64,000 nt of DNA from the NCBI GenBank assembly GCA_964016885.1, contig OZ024741.1, positions 97,898,001-97,962,000 on the forward strand, written 5' to 3'. The translations under genes and the position numbers were made by a program. The DNA is from Eledone cirrhosa (lineage: Eukaryota). Under the pieces are notes generated by a model that saw nothing but the letters and a program-made list of their open reading frames with translations, was not told where the DNA came from and searched no databases. Positions 44,818 to 59,277 of this stretch are shown here, piece after piece (the stretch's first letter is position 1; each line of letters begins with the position of its first letter).

Positions 44818-45747
44818 GTGTATTCAAACATTATTATTGTTGATGTTGGAAAATGGATGGATTACTTTAAATACATCACGACTACTATTTTTTTATCTTC
44901 TGAATACAAACGCAGCCGAAAGCACATTTACATATTCCACAGCTATAAAAGTTATAAATTACAAAAGATACACAAAGTGTAACTTTCCATTTCCGCAATA
45001 GATATTTGGCCTCATGCCAATATGATAATTCATTCACTCGTTTTTTCTTTAAACCCCATCATGTGTTTTTTCTGCTCCTTAACTCGTTACGTCTATGATG
45101 TTCTTGATACTGTTATAGCTAATCAAATCATTTGCCTACATAACGTAAGCTATAATCTCAACAGAAAACGTTACTAATTTTGCTCAGAATTGTGGAAGAG
45201 ATTAAGAGAATAAATATGAACATATGCTTATTACTAAGTTGAAAAAAAAAAGTAATATATTTGCACCGTGAGGAATAGCCTTTCAATAAATATTTCTATA
45301 AAAACATCAAAACAAAGTGAAGAATTAAATCAATACAGCAGAATATTTGTGAATAAAATTTGTCCAAAACTGAAAACCGAAAATAATTGAGTTAAGAAAA
45401 TATAACAAGTATGAAATTTGTCTCGGAATAAAATTTCATAAAAACACTTTTAGGTTTTATTTATATTCAAATACCTGCGGATTAGTTCTATATTTGTAAC
45501 TTCAGTATATGTTTGCTTATATTACCGAAGCTTCAGATGTGGTTGGCGTCATAATATATATAACGCTCATTTTTGTGTAGTTTACGTTGAACTGTCTGTG
45601 TTGTTAAATGAACGCGTGAACTCTCAAAACACAGCACACACAGACACATGCAGGCATAATACAATATACATATATATATGTATATATATATTTATAGTTA
45701 TATCAAACATATATAAATATAAATATTCTTATTACTATATATATATA

Positions 45748-46012
45748 TCACCTTGATCACCTTGACCGACCAGTCTGTCGGGCGCCAATCGGCGCCGCTT
45801 TTCACAGCACGTCGTGCTGCTTTAGCCATAAGATAACGCCATCCCATTGGCTGTGCGGGCAGGCCGGTACTCATTTCTACAGCTGAGTAAACTGGAGCAA
45901 CGTGAAATAAAGTGTCTTGCTCAAGGAAACAACAGATCACCCGGTCCGAGAATTGAACTCACATCCTTTCGATTGCAAGCCCAAAGGCTTTAACCACTAA
46001 GCTATGCGCCTT

Positions 46013-46014
<2 letters not shown>
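45748..46014 (-). mobile_element. Second tRNA-derived SINE family
   Basis: Reverse complement GAAGGCGCATAGCTTAGTGGTTAAAGC...GAGTTCAATTCTC (A/B boxes), then CCTTGAGCAAGACACTTTATTTCAC..GCTCCAGTTTACTCAGCTGTAGAAATGAGTACC core and a short repeated tail (TCAAGGTGA)x2. Confidence 0.85.
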
Positions 46015-46043
<29 letters not shown>

Positions 46044-46073
46044 GTATATATGTGTGTGTGTGTGTTTGTGTGA

Positions 46074-46116
<43 letters not shown>

Positions 46117-49071
46117 CGCGCGTGTTCGTGTGCGTGTTTATGTGCGTGTGTGCGTGTGCGTGTGTGTGCGTATGTGTGTGCGTGCGTGCATGCGCGCGCC
46201 TCTGTGTGTATGTGTATCGATTTCCATGCTGAATTATCTTGTTGATTATTCAATTGAAGTATCTTCTCGTTAAATGTATGTCAATATAGCTTAATATTTA
46301 CAGACTCGAAGAATTTTAGCTTATTACTCTGATAGATACATCATCACATATTTTGTGATGAAGCTGATCTCTTACATTATAGCTTCAATCAAATCGAGGA
46401 ACTTCCAAGCAATTTCCGCCTACTCAAATTTTCAAAAGAAATCTAACTCTATCCGAAGCTTTTGTAGAGAAATTTCACCAAGATGACAGACATTGGGATT
46501 GGTCACGGCCCCTCATGATTTAGGAACCCAAAACTAAGCGTTCAATGCTATATATCTGCAACCCAGTGATGTGTGCACAAATATGGGTGTCAGAATGTAC
46601 TGCATGTTGACAGAGTGTTCAAGAATGACAAACACCAATGAGAGTACAGAATGTAATGTGATGATAGAATGCATATCCTCGATAAGTTTTATCATAAAGT
46701 CATCACTATTGCAACAAAGACATATACAGAAATAACGATCTATATTTTTCTACAGATATAGTTTAATGATAAAGAATAATTAACTAATTAATTTTTTTTA
46801 AAACTTGCACTACATAAATATAACGATAATTATTTAGAAAATAAACATCTAGGGTGCTATTTAATAAAAGACATGAATTTATACACTATAGCAAAACCAA
46901 TGCTTGCATTGATCAAAATAACCTGGCTACTATATGTAAACACTGCAGGCTTTTAATATAATGATATCCGTCGTCTAAGGAAACGAATATTGCGATAAAG
47001 AGGCAAGCCATTACAACTCAGCGTTTGTTGCAAAATGCGGTTTCCAACTACAACACGGCTTCAACTGCCCAAAGTCAGCTGCTGGGCTACCGCAAGTCTG
47101 CTCAGCTGCTGACTTGTTTAGCACGGAAGAAATATAGGCACTAGACATAATGTCATGTATAATGTTGTTCTTTGTCGTCCAGTTACACTCCGACTATTCA
47201 CATCGCCAACTTTACACCGAGAGTTTTTATAACGATGCCGATCTCAGATAAGCTGTTCACGCTGCCAAACTGACACGAACTACCTGCATTGACAACACCA
47301 TCGACTAAAATAATCTACCTCCAGTAAAATGCACAATAAACCCGTGATTTATGCTTCAAATCAGTCACGTTCTATTGTTCTATTTTCCTCGCTTTCTTAT
47401 GTAGAGCAGCGTTTCGAATTCGAGTGATACCATTTGCCGCTGATCATTCACTTTACATTTCCTTCGTAACACGTTGAAAAATTGTTTATTCTTCTTTGTT
47501 CCCATCGTCATCCCGGACCAGGAACAATTGCACCAACTCTCCTTTTTAGAATGTTGTATGTCTATCATTCTCCACGGGGAAAAACTGAAATTGGTTGGTC
47601 TCGAATACTCGGTCGATAATTATCGGAAGTTAGCTACCGAGCCGCAGATCATGCGCCTTCCACACAAGAATGAAGCTGTTGGCCACTTAAAATTTGGCCA
47701 ATGCATCTTATCTACCTCGAGTGATCATTCTCCACGACAGAGCGCCAACCAAGCTTAACACGCTCTATCGACCCTTTTCTAATTTTTTTTTTGAAAATCC
47801 GTTGTTTCTTCTGAGTTCCTACAAACTTTTCCAGGTTTTGATTTTCATTTCGAAGGTGTCAACAAATCCACCTCTTCACCAAGCAAGCTTGGTGGGTTTG
47901 GCAATTTTGTCACCGAACACGACCATGTAACAGATAGGTAAATCACATTGTTGAATATTATAGAGGAAATATGAATGTAAAAACATAGCCACAAATTAAT
48001 CATCGAATTTAACACACTTGGACCCAGGATTTTGGCTCAATATATCATCCGATACTGACAAAATGTTTCTAGATTTGAACCGGAGATATGCTCTGTTTGG
48101 ATAAAAATAATTTCAACAATCTGCCCGTCAAATCTGATAAGTTACCTATTGTTTCACAACTGAATTGAAAGCATTATCTTATTTTGTAAGGGTCATAAAC
48201 TGCATAATATGGGCAAACTATGTTTCTTAATATGATAGCATGTGAGATATGTGCTAATGTAAAAATAAAGGCATTTTCCTTTTGATACTTTCTGTAAACA
48301 ATATCCTTGATGTATCTTGATATAGCCTGCTTCCAGAGATATCCAGCCCTCTACATTATATCAGAATGCATGAGGGACGCATCAAATGCCAATGATATCA
48401 TTTTAAAACATCCATTAGACATACTGACATAAGAACTGCATAGCATATATGGTACTTGTATCACAAAGACATTCATAACTGTATTACTTTCAGAAGTATA
48501 CAACTCAGCAATTACTTCGTCATATATTCAAAGGTCTCTAATTTTGAACAGTAACTTATTCTCACACAAATAACCCAGAACATAAACGCTCGATACGAGC
48601 TTGTCTTAAGGCACAGGAGAAAAGGATTTCAGAGTTAACAACACGTTGAATCAGCATGTACACGCCCAAGCAGAGAGCCCCTGTCAGAATTTCATGTTCA
48701 GTAACTATAAACCTCAACTCTAAAATTATTTATGAAATATGTATGTACGTACGACCTTCTGGTTTTATAATTTCACAATTTTTTTTCCAATAGAGAGAGA
48801 GAGTCGGTCCCTAACATAGTTACAAGGCTCTTTCATTGGAATTTATACAACATCAACTTGGTAGATATGTATGCATGTCTGCATGCATGCATGTGTGTGC
48901 AGGTATGGATGTTATTTTATGTGTGGATATGTATATTTTGAGTTGTATATGTGCATGTGCATACGCTTTGTATCTATACATGTGTATATGCAGTTATTAG
49001 ATGCAAAATGTTTGGAATGTTTTACATATTTTTACTGTTCCATTAATGGATTGTATTTGTAATTTCCTAAC

Positions 49072-49232
49072 TAGTTGTGTTCTTTCTGTTTCTGTGAAGC
49101 CCAGCTTCTCAACAGTCAGTTACTAACATATCCCAGTGTCCCAATAACCACAGGCATAAATCTGAAGGTATAGTCAGGGTGGAGTATGTATGTATGTATG
49201 TACAACATGTCCAATGGTCGGGTCGTTGGCGA
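49072..49232 (-). mobile_element. Fragment resembling the restriction-like endonuclease C-terminus of an R2/R4-type LINE; duplicated at 55551-55705
   Basis: Minus-strand LHPDYTFRFMPVVIGTLGYV...LRSWASQ resembles the ..PVVIGALG.V motif. The direct repeat is read directly. Confidence 0.55.
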
Positions 49233-49746
49233 CTAACTGGCAACCCTACCAAGGTTTCTTGGTGAGGAGGGTGACTTTGGACATCCTGCAGTACTAAAAA
49301 AAAAAACAGTCAAAGGGCTGGCCATCCAAAATCACCGGGAGAGATGACCCCTTAGCCTTTGTAAAGGCAGAATTCTAGGAGAAGGAAAACTCTGATATAA
49401 CACCTGCAACCCTGATGGTATCCAATGATGTTGACATGTTCTTCTTTTTGGTAAATATCATCTTGGTTAAGAGAATGGGACTGGCTTTGTGCAGTACCTT
49501 TGCTCACTATAAAAGCTTCACGGCACAGGCATTGCTTTATATCTGGAGATGTCTCTGCACTTGTCGTCACATGGTACCATGGGCCCAGCACTATGTGTCA
49601 ATAATTGTCACAAGTGTAATGTTTGTACCAGAGTTTTCAAGTCGCTAGCTGGACTAAAAAGTCACACTCGTTCAGCGCATCGGTAGGGGTTCTCCTACAT
49701 GGATATAAAGTAGTGGCCGTACTCGAAAACGAGTTTGCAGCCACCA

Positions 49747-49809
<63 letters not shown>

Positions 49810-50097
49810 AAATGTGTGTAATCCTTGGTACAGTTAGGTATATTAAGACAGGGGGGAAGAAAAAATGGCTTCACTGTGCTTTCAACAAATTTATTTTCTT
49901 CACAAAATCCAAAAAAGAATTTTTCTTAAAAAAAAATTATTTTATAAATTAAGTTGTTGGTTGTTGGTTAGGTCTTAGGAGTTCTTGGTTAACGTAGGAG
50001 GTATTGTTTCGTATTTAGAAAGACCTTTCACGCTGAGGTGCGCTTGTCAAACTGATGTGTATGTGGTGTGTTGTTCTATATATAGGGATTTAACATG

Positions 50098-50145
<48 letters not shown>

Positions 50146-50312
50146 ATAATAATACAAGGACGATTTGTTAAGCGTCCATTACTTTATTACGTTTATTGAT
50201 TAGTGAGGCGCGTTTCTCCACTGAAGTGAACCTAAACATCGAGTACTCACCTCAGTGAACCTACAGTAACTTCACATTACACTCCCTGGATATATATATA
50301 TATATATATAAA

Positions 50313-53024
50313 CAAAAAAGAGAAATAGGACGAAGGTAAACAGTTACAAAAGGATTTAATCCACGTATTAACAATTGTTTCATCAGAATTTCAGTCCATT
50401 ATTGCTACACTATGTAATAATAGGCAATCAAGAAATATACTGTGGCATCCGAATTTTCAAAATACAAAGTTGAAATGACCTTAGGAAATGAAATAAGGTG
50501 TAGTAGTGTAAGATAGAGGAACAGAGAGAGAGAGGGGCAAAAGAGAGGGAGTGAGAGAGAGAAAAGGGACAGAGGTAGGGAGAGAAAGAGAAAGAGATAG
50601 GGTGGTGTGAGAGGATTTGTATAGAATATAGTTAAGTTACAAGAAGGGAGGGGGAGGAGGGTTGTGTGCTAAAAGTTGTGATGAGTAGAGGGAGAGATAA
50701 GGAAGATAGAATTTTAAGTGGCAGTTGGTAGTGGACAGGCGAAAGTATTACCAGAGAATAGATGAAGGAAGAAAGTATTAAATTTCATATATAGTCTATT
50801 TTTAGGAGTGTAGAATTGTTATTTAGGGTAGAAAAGGAAGGAGGTAGTGTTAAGATTTAGTTGAAGGTTTGAAGTGTGAGAACTTCGCTTTTAGTTTATG
50901 CTGGCAATAAATTGACCTTTCAATTTTGTTGTTGAGTAATTGGTGGCCTGAGCTTAGGATATGGAAGAGCTCATTATTACACAACGGGCACGTTTTCATC
51001 CCACTCGGGTATGGAGGAGCATGTGAGAGTTTGTTCCATTTAAGGGTGTATTATCGGTTACTCCCTTTTAAGTGCCAAATTTTGTCGGCGAGTGTCGTTA
51101 CGCAACGGTGTTGGGGTGCTTTATTGCGTAACGATGCGTGTACCAACGAGTTTTGAAGGTGTTTGCACTGCTGCCTATGTAGTGCCAGGTTTGGTTGTCC
51201 GACTCAACGGAGCACCTGTACACTAGGTTCGAATGCAAACATTCGTTATTCAATGGACAACTCTCTGGAAGGTGGCAATTACAATTTCTGTTATGGGCTG
51301 TGGTGGAGTTATAGGTGGGCTGGGATGTTTGTGTGAGTGTGTTTTGTGCATACTGTTTGTTAGTGGGTGGCTGTGTATTAGGTGTATTATTGTATTGAGT
51401 GATTGGTGTGTTGTTGTTACGGAGTTTTTTTGGCGTTGAGCATCTTAATGTGTGTGTCTAGGTTTGGTGCAGTGGAATAAGATAGTCTAATTGTTTTGGT
51501 ATTGAGTATACTACTATATTTATGTGAATTTGGAAAGTGTTTTCTTATAATTTTGTAGAATGTGGAAGATAAGTTAGGGCTAATAGAAGAGTTAAAAATA
51601 TGATTATACCAAATGTAAGATGTACTCCGTGTTCTGTTTTGCTTTGATGTTGCTGTTGTATTTGTGGTGTGGTTAGTATTAGGGGGTCTAGGTGCGTGTG
51701 TGCGGGTGTTTGTGGGGGCGTTTGGCGTGTCTATGGTTATGTGTTTTATGGTTGTGTCGGTCTATGTATTCTAGTTTGTCGGTGTGACCAGCCCGTTCTA
51801 ATGCAGTGTTGTATTATTCAGCGTGTTGATCAAATATTTGTTGGTTAGATGAGAGGCGGGATATTCTAAGTGATATACTATGTGGTACGGACCTTATAAT
51901 AGATAGTGGGTGGTTAGAGCTAATGTGGATGTAGGTCAGGTTCTCATTGTTTTTGTGAAAGGGTGTGATAATTTGGGTGTTGAGGTTGAAGGTGGCATCT
52001 AGGAAGTTAACTACTTTGGTACTATATTCGTAGGTGATTTTAAGGCCAAGGCTATCTAGGGTTCTTCTAATGCTCTTACGGGTTCGCTCTATGTTTTGTT
52101 TATTCATGTTTTTAACTAATAGGAGAGCGTCATCTCTATATATTCCGCCTTGAAGGTAACTAAATTTATTATGTAAGGTGTGGGCTATGTATATACCAAC
52201 AATATCCGTAACTTGTGCTGAGTCGTTAGCACCCATAGTTATGTCAAAGTTATCTATTCTATCCTTACGTACCCAAAAGTTATTTTCAAGTTTAATTATC
52301 GTCTTTCTAGCTGCTAGGATAATGTTTATTTCGTCGTCGGTTAATTCAGAGTTGGCTTTCGCAAATGCTAGTGCCTTGTTTAGAGTATCGGGTGATATGG
52401 AGGAGTAATAGTCATTAATGTCGAATTGTATAAAGTTAGAAGTATTTTTGTTATCTATACTATTAAACTATTTAATTGTGTCGCTAATATTGTCCCAAAG
52501 TTTAATAACTACTTTATTCCTTAATTGTATTATTATTCTATCTAAAATATGCTTGCTAATTTTACCTATGTCTGACTTAGAAGGGCATATTAATCTAATT
52601 GTGGGTTTATCTAGGAAATCTAATTTGAGGTCCTTAAGATTAAAGGTGGGTGTGCAAGTTGTCATGGGATCAGTTCTATCTTCAAGTTCTAGACTTTTGA
52701 CGATATGGTGTGTGTGTTTGTTGATGTTAAGTAGTGCTTGGTTATTGGTTTCCTTATAATTTTTATGTAATTCCTTCCGTATAAGGTCGTGGTAGGTATT
52801 AATGTCCATTGTGTACACGTTAGATGTTTTATCCGCTTTGACAATAATCCCGTTAGTAGTGCGCAGCTTGTTTAGAAAGGTATCCATGTCTTTTTGAAGG
52901 TTATTGGTTTTGAACTTCTTATATTTAGTATTCATGACCATCTTAAGTAAGTCCTGTTCAAAGGCGTCCAGCAGAGGGTTAGTGGGTGGGTTTTTACAGG
53001 AGTTGAACCCATATGTATTCTTTC
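50313..53024 (-). mobile_element. Penelope-like element, left arm of a palindrome (extends further 5')
   Basis: IIVKADKTSNVY, PTIRLICPSKSDIGKISK, FIQFDINDYYSSI, MGANDSAQVTDIVG, GIYRDD, VNFLDATFNL and GIY-YIG, with stops and frameshifts. The 3' end abuts (TA)n at ~50310. Confidence 0.93.
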
Positions 53025-55427
53025 TAGATTAATATGCCCTTCTAAGTCAGACATAGGTAAAATTAGCAAGCATATTTTAGATAGAATAATAATACAATTA
53101 AGGAATAAACAAGTTATTAAACTTTGGGACAATACTAGCAACACAATTAAATGGTTTAATAGTATAGATAACAAAAATACCTCTAACTTTATACAATTCG
53201 ACATTAATGACTATTACTCCTCCATATCACCCGATACTCTAAACAAGGCACTAGCATTTGCGAAAGCCAACTCTGACTTAACCGACGACGAAATAAACAT
53301 TATCCTAGCAGCTAGAAAGACGATAATTAAATTTGAAAATAACTTTTGGGTACGTAAGGATAGAATTGATAACTTTGACATAACTATGGGTGCTAACGAC
53401 TCAGCACAAGTTACGGATATTGTTGGTATATACATAGCCCACACCTTACATAATAAATTTAGTTACCTTCAAGGCGGAATATATAGAGATGATGCTCTCC
53501 TATTAATTAAAAACATGAATAAACAAAACATAGAGCGAACCCGTAAGAGCATTAGAAGAACCCTAGATAGCCTTGGCCTTAAAATCACCTACGAATATAG
53601 TACCAAAGTAGTTAACTTCCTAGATGCCACCTTCAACCTCAACACCCAAATTATCACACCCTTTCACAAAAACAATGAGAACCTGACCTACATCCACATT
53701 AGCTCTAACCACCCACTATCTATTATAAGGTCCGTACCACATAGTATATCACTTAGAATATCCCGCCTCTCATCTAACCAACAAATATTTGATCAACACG
53801 CTGAATAATACAACACTGCATTAGAACGGGCTGGTCACACCGACAAACTAGAATACATAGACCGACAAAACCATAAAACACATAACCATAGACACGCCAA
53901 ACGCCCCCACAAACACCCGCACACACGCACCTAGACCCCCTAATACTAACCACACCACAAATACAACAGCAACATCAAAGCAAAACAGAACACGGAGTAC
54001 ATCTTACATTTGGTATAATCCTATTTTTAACTCTTCTATTAGCCCTAACTTACCTTCCACTTTCTACAAAATTATAAGAAAACACTTTCCAAATTCACAT
54101 AAATATAATAGTATACTCAATACCAAAACAATTAGACTATCTTATTCCACTGCTCCAAACCTAGACGCACACATTAAGATGCTCAACGCCTAAAAACATC
54201 GTAACAACAACACCCAATCACTCAACACAATAATACACCTAATACACAACCACCCACTAACAAACAGTATGCACAAAACACACTCACACAAACATCCCAG
54301 CCCACCTATAACTCCACCACTGCTCATAACAGAAATTGTAATTGCCACCTTCCAGAGAGTTGTCCATTTAATAACGAATGTTTGCATTCAAACCTACTGT
54401 ACAGGTGCTCCGTTGAGTCGGACAACCAAACCTGGCACTACATAGGCAGCACTGCAAACACCTTCAAAACTCGTTGGTACACGCATCGTTACGCAATAAA
54501 GCACCCCCAACACCGTTGCGTAACGACACTCGCCGACAAAATTTGGCACTTAATAGGGAATAACCGACAATACACCCTTAAATGGACCAAACTCTCACAT
54601 GCTCCTCCATACCGGAGTGGGATGAAAACGTGCCCGTTGTGTAATAATGAGCTCTTCCATATCCTAAGCTCAGGCCACCAACTACTCAACAAAAAAATTG
54701 AAAGGTCAATCTTTTGCCAGCATAAACTAAAAGCGAAGTTCTCACACTTCAAACCTTCAACTAAATCTTAACACTACCTCCTTCCTTTTCTACCCTAAAT
54801 AACAATTCTACACTCCTAAAAATAGACTATATATGAAATTTAATACTTTCTTCTTTCATCTATTCTCTGGTAATACTTTCGCCTGTCCACTACCAATTGC
54901 CACTTAAAATGCTATCTTCCTTATCTCTCCCTCTACTCATCACAACTTTTAGCACACAACCCTCCTCCCCCTCCCTTCTTGTAACTTAACTATATTCTAT
55001 ACAAATCCTCTCACACCACCCTATCTCTTTCTCTTTCTCTCCCCACTTCTGTCCCTTTTCTCTCTCACTCTCTCTCTCTCTCTCTCTCTTGCCCCTCTCT
55101 CTCTCTCTGTTCCTCAATCTTACACTACTACCCCTTATTTCATTTCCTATGGTCATTTCAACTTTGTATTTTGAAAATTCGGATGCCACAGTATCTTTCT
55201 TGATTCCCTATTATTACATAGTGTAGCAATAAACGACTGAAATTCTGATGAAACAATTGTTAATACGTGGATTAAATCCTTTTGTAACTGTTTACCTTCG
55301 TCCTATTTCTCTTTTTTGATTACACTCCTCGTTTGTTCGCGTTTCCACCACAGAATCCCTACCAACCTGTCGAGTCACCTTAACGTATCTTGATAACTTG
55401 CCTCACAACTTGTTCTACCAAGCTTTG

Positions 55428-55430
<3 letters not shown>
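53025..55430 (+). mobile_element. Penelope-like element (RT YRDD, CxCx5C linker, C-terminal GIY-YIG; probably Hydra clade), right arm with 3' tail
   Basis: RT frame 53026-53808, CNCHLPESCPFNNECLHSNLLYRC...WHYIGSTANTFKTRWYTH...LKW...CPLCNNE at 54337-54771, then a pyrimidine-rich 3' UTR. The tail 55319-55430 is followed by (TA)n. The clade call rests on recalled features (ADKT, CxCx5C, C-terminal CxxC, TA targeting), not on a tree. Confidence 0.93.
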
Positions 55431-55471
<41 letters not shown>

Positions 55472-55472
<1 letters not shown>

Positions 55473-55829
55473 TAAGAGGAATTCCAACTTTGTCTGACTG
55501 ACTCGTTTTATTTACAATCCATTAACATTTATAATGGTATCATAATGAAATAGTTGTGTTCTTTCTGTTTCTGTGAAGCCCAGCTTCTCAACAGTCAGTT
55601 AGTAACATATCCCAGTGTCCCAATAACCACAGGCATAAATCTGAAGGTATAGTCAGAGTGGAGTTTGTATGTATGTACATGTTCAATGGTCGGGTCGTTG
55701 GCGACAACTATTTCATTATAACTATTCATTATAATACCATTATAATAACTATTCGTTATAATACCATTATAAATTTTAAAGGATTGTAAATAAAACGAGT
55801 AAATCAAACAAAGTTGGAATTCTTCTTAT
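55472..55829. repeat. Fold-back arms (55472-55557 / 55704-55829) enclosing a copy of 49072-49232
   Basis: TAAGAGGAATTCCAACTTTG...ACTCGTTTTATTTACAATCC is inverted as GGATTGTAAATAAAACGAGT...CAAAGTTGGAATTCTTCTTA. Confidence 0.85.
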
Positions 55830-58015
55830 ACACAATCTATACACAATCATACACACCCGTGTATATTTATCTATCTATATATATATAAATATATATATAT
55901 ATTTATTTATATATACATGTGTGCGTATCTCCCTCTCTCCCTCTCTCCCTCACCTCTCTCTCTCTATATATATAGAGAGAGAGAGAGTGAGAGAGAGAAA
56001 CAGAGAGATAGAGAGACACACACACACGCATATATATATATATATATATGGGGGTTGAGTGTGTGTGTGTGTGTGTGTCTGTGTGTTTTTTGTCTGTACA
56101 GGCATATCTCTCTGTGCGTATCTGTGTGAGTGTGCGTGTGTGTGCTAGTGTTTGCTGGAAATACTGTCTGAATAAACGGCAATCCTTCGGTACGTAGTAG
56201 TTATTTGTCAGACAAACACTTCAATCATTCAAACTACTGAACTCATCATGACACATCTGCCATCTATTTGTATGAAGACTCTTGAAAATTCGTCCTACAA
56301 GAAACCATTTTCACTATATGATTAGCTTACTTCTAGCATATACGGTTAGTATATTATCAGCAGACAACTAACACACAGCCAGCATATACCCATCACACTG
56401 CCAGCATTCTGTCAGCTTAGACCCAGTATACTTACAATCTACTCTCAGCTCACAATTGGTGTATTGCGAAACGGACAAACATATACCCACAATGTCATTT
56501 AAATGGCTTTCTCTCTGAGATTTTTTTTTATTGAATCTACTATTTTTGTTTACACTTCAGTGAAGATAATGGTGTTGTTTGTCTCAGAAAATGTATCAAT
56601 GACTTAATAGCATCGCTTTGTTTTCTTTCCTATTGTTTTCATTATTGGATTGTGTTTTCCTTAGTCTCCTTTCTTTTCTATTTTTTTTTTCATCTCTATT
56701 GTTGTTATGTAATTGGTAAAGATAATACTGTGGCGGAAATCTTTTTTTGTTGTTGGTGTTAGTGGTATTGCTGCTTTTATTGATATTGCATATAAGTTTT
56801 ATTTTTTAGATTTCACTTTTCTATGTACTTTACTTTCTGGTTGTAGTTTTAGGTTTTCCCATTATTTTTAGTAAGTCTTATAGCAGTCATAGTATTTCTG
56901 TTGCTTTATTATTGGTGCTAGCAATGAAGTGAATTGGAGATGGCATAGTCATGTTGTTGTCACCAAGTAATTTCATGCGATAGATGTATAGGTCCTTTTG
57001 TTGTAATTTTCATTGTTGCATTATACAATTATTTTATTATTTTTTTATTTAATATATTTTCTGTTGTATTATTTGTGTTGCTGTTGTTTTCTGTCATTGG
57101 GAATACTGAGAATCATACTAACAGCATGGTTTTGTCGATAATATTTATCACTGTTGTTTATGTTCATCTAGAACCGATATTGTATCCTGGTTTTGCAGGT
57201 TTTCGTTTTTTTTTTTGGACGTTTCATAGTTATATTTGTTTTCGGTCTTGGGTGTATGCTAGATATATTTTCGTTTATCTCTTGTGCCATTCATATTAGA
57301 GGTAGAAGATTAATTTATATCAGTGATATTTTAGGTCATAATTGTTACTCATTGTAGCTATATATTTGAGGAATGAATAAATTCAACGTCCCATTATATT
57401 TTCTGTTAACATTGCTGCATCCAATTTACATCATACCGCTGTGTATGAAACTTTTTGTAAAGTCTACAATGATAAGTTATTTACAAAAGAGAATCATGCC
57501 GATTTGTATGAAACATTGATAAGGTATCTACAAAAGATAATCAGCATTTTAAGTCACAAATATACACAATTTTCTACTATGTTTTCAATTTGATTTGTTT
57601 CATTCAACATTTTCTCTAGCAATATACAATCTGTTTATATGTTACTTACTGTTCTATAGAAAAAATGAGCAAAGTGACTTAAAGCACGCTCCAATTTCAA
57701 TTCCCGTTCATTTGAACCCCGAATAGAAGAAAAGAAATGGACTTTCTATTTCCTTCTAGATTTCGACAGTCCGGGGTTATTCACAAAGGACGCAATATTC
57801 CATATGAAGTATTTGCAGATGCGGTTCCACTTCCTCGGTTGAAGTAATTCATTCAGGATAATGCATTAGGATTTTGAAATGGCGTTAAATCCCATTCCTA
57901 TATTTTACACTATTGCTATAGGGAACATTTCTGATACGTAAAAAAGTAAATCGAAGTACATATGATCAGATATACGGTGACTATATGTATGTATATGCAT
58001 ATGTAAATATATATG

Positions 58016-58566
<551 letters not shown>

Positions 58567-58921
58567 CAGGCAACAGGAACGATATATCGACATAAAACAT
58601 TCACATGTGGCGCATGTTTCGCGATTGGTAAGCTCAAAGTAGGATCGGTAGGTGATCAGTACGACTCTGGAAGAAGAAAATATTTCTTCTTCCATTAGAA
58701 ATTAATTTGTTTCGTGTCCGACTGAAAGACTCTGGAGTTTTCACCTGTCTTGGGATTAATTAATGATGAATTTTGCGGCAGATCTCACACAATGCAGCCT
58801 CGACAGATGAATACTGCTTGATTATGGCTGACAACTGGTGCAACGAAGACACCATAGTGAAAAACCAATATAGAACATTATATTATGTAACATTCTCTCA
58901 TTATTTTAATTTATATATAAG

Positions 58922-59111
58922 GGCGGTGGATTGGCAGTATCGGTAGAGAGTCTGACGCCATGCTTTCCAGCATAGTTACGTCCCTTTACGGTCTGAGTTC
59001 AAATCCCGCCGAGGTTAACTTTGCCTTTCATCCTTATGGGGTCGTTAAAATAAAGTACCAGTAATGTACTGGGTATTTGCTGGCCTTGTGCCAAAAGTAG
59101 AAACAATTATT
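58922..59111 (+). mobile_element. tRNA-derived SINE with probable TSD
   Basis: Full-length family match, with TTATTTTAATTTATAT on both sides. Confidence 0.88.
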
Positions 59112-59277
59112 TTAATTTATATTCCTTTGAAGTTCCGATGAGCCGCTCTGTTTTTTAAATATGTTAATTATTTTCAACTGAACCAGATCAATTATGATAT
59201 ATAGTCATCTGATCCAGAAATATTATATGGAGTAGCGAAACAATTGTAAACGGACATTATTATTATTAATATCATTG

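Noticed and set aside
47000-47940. GC-richer island, possibly an LTR-element PBS/gag relic on the minus strand (TGTTACA-TGGTCGTGTTCGG)
   Set aside because: No LTR pair, no tRNA match I can verify and no convincing protein motif.
53025-54771. Selenoprotein-type (UGA read-through) Naiad PLE
   Set aside because: The endonuclease is C-terminal, not N-terminal, and the interruptions seen are TAA/TAG and frameshifts, not UGA.
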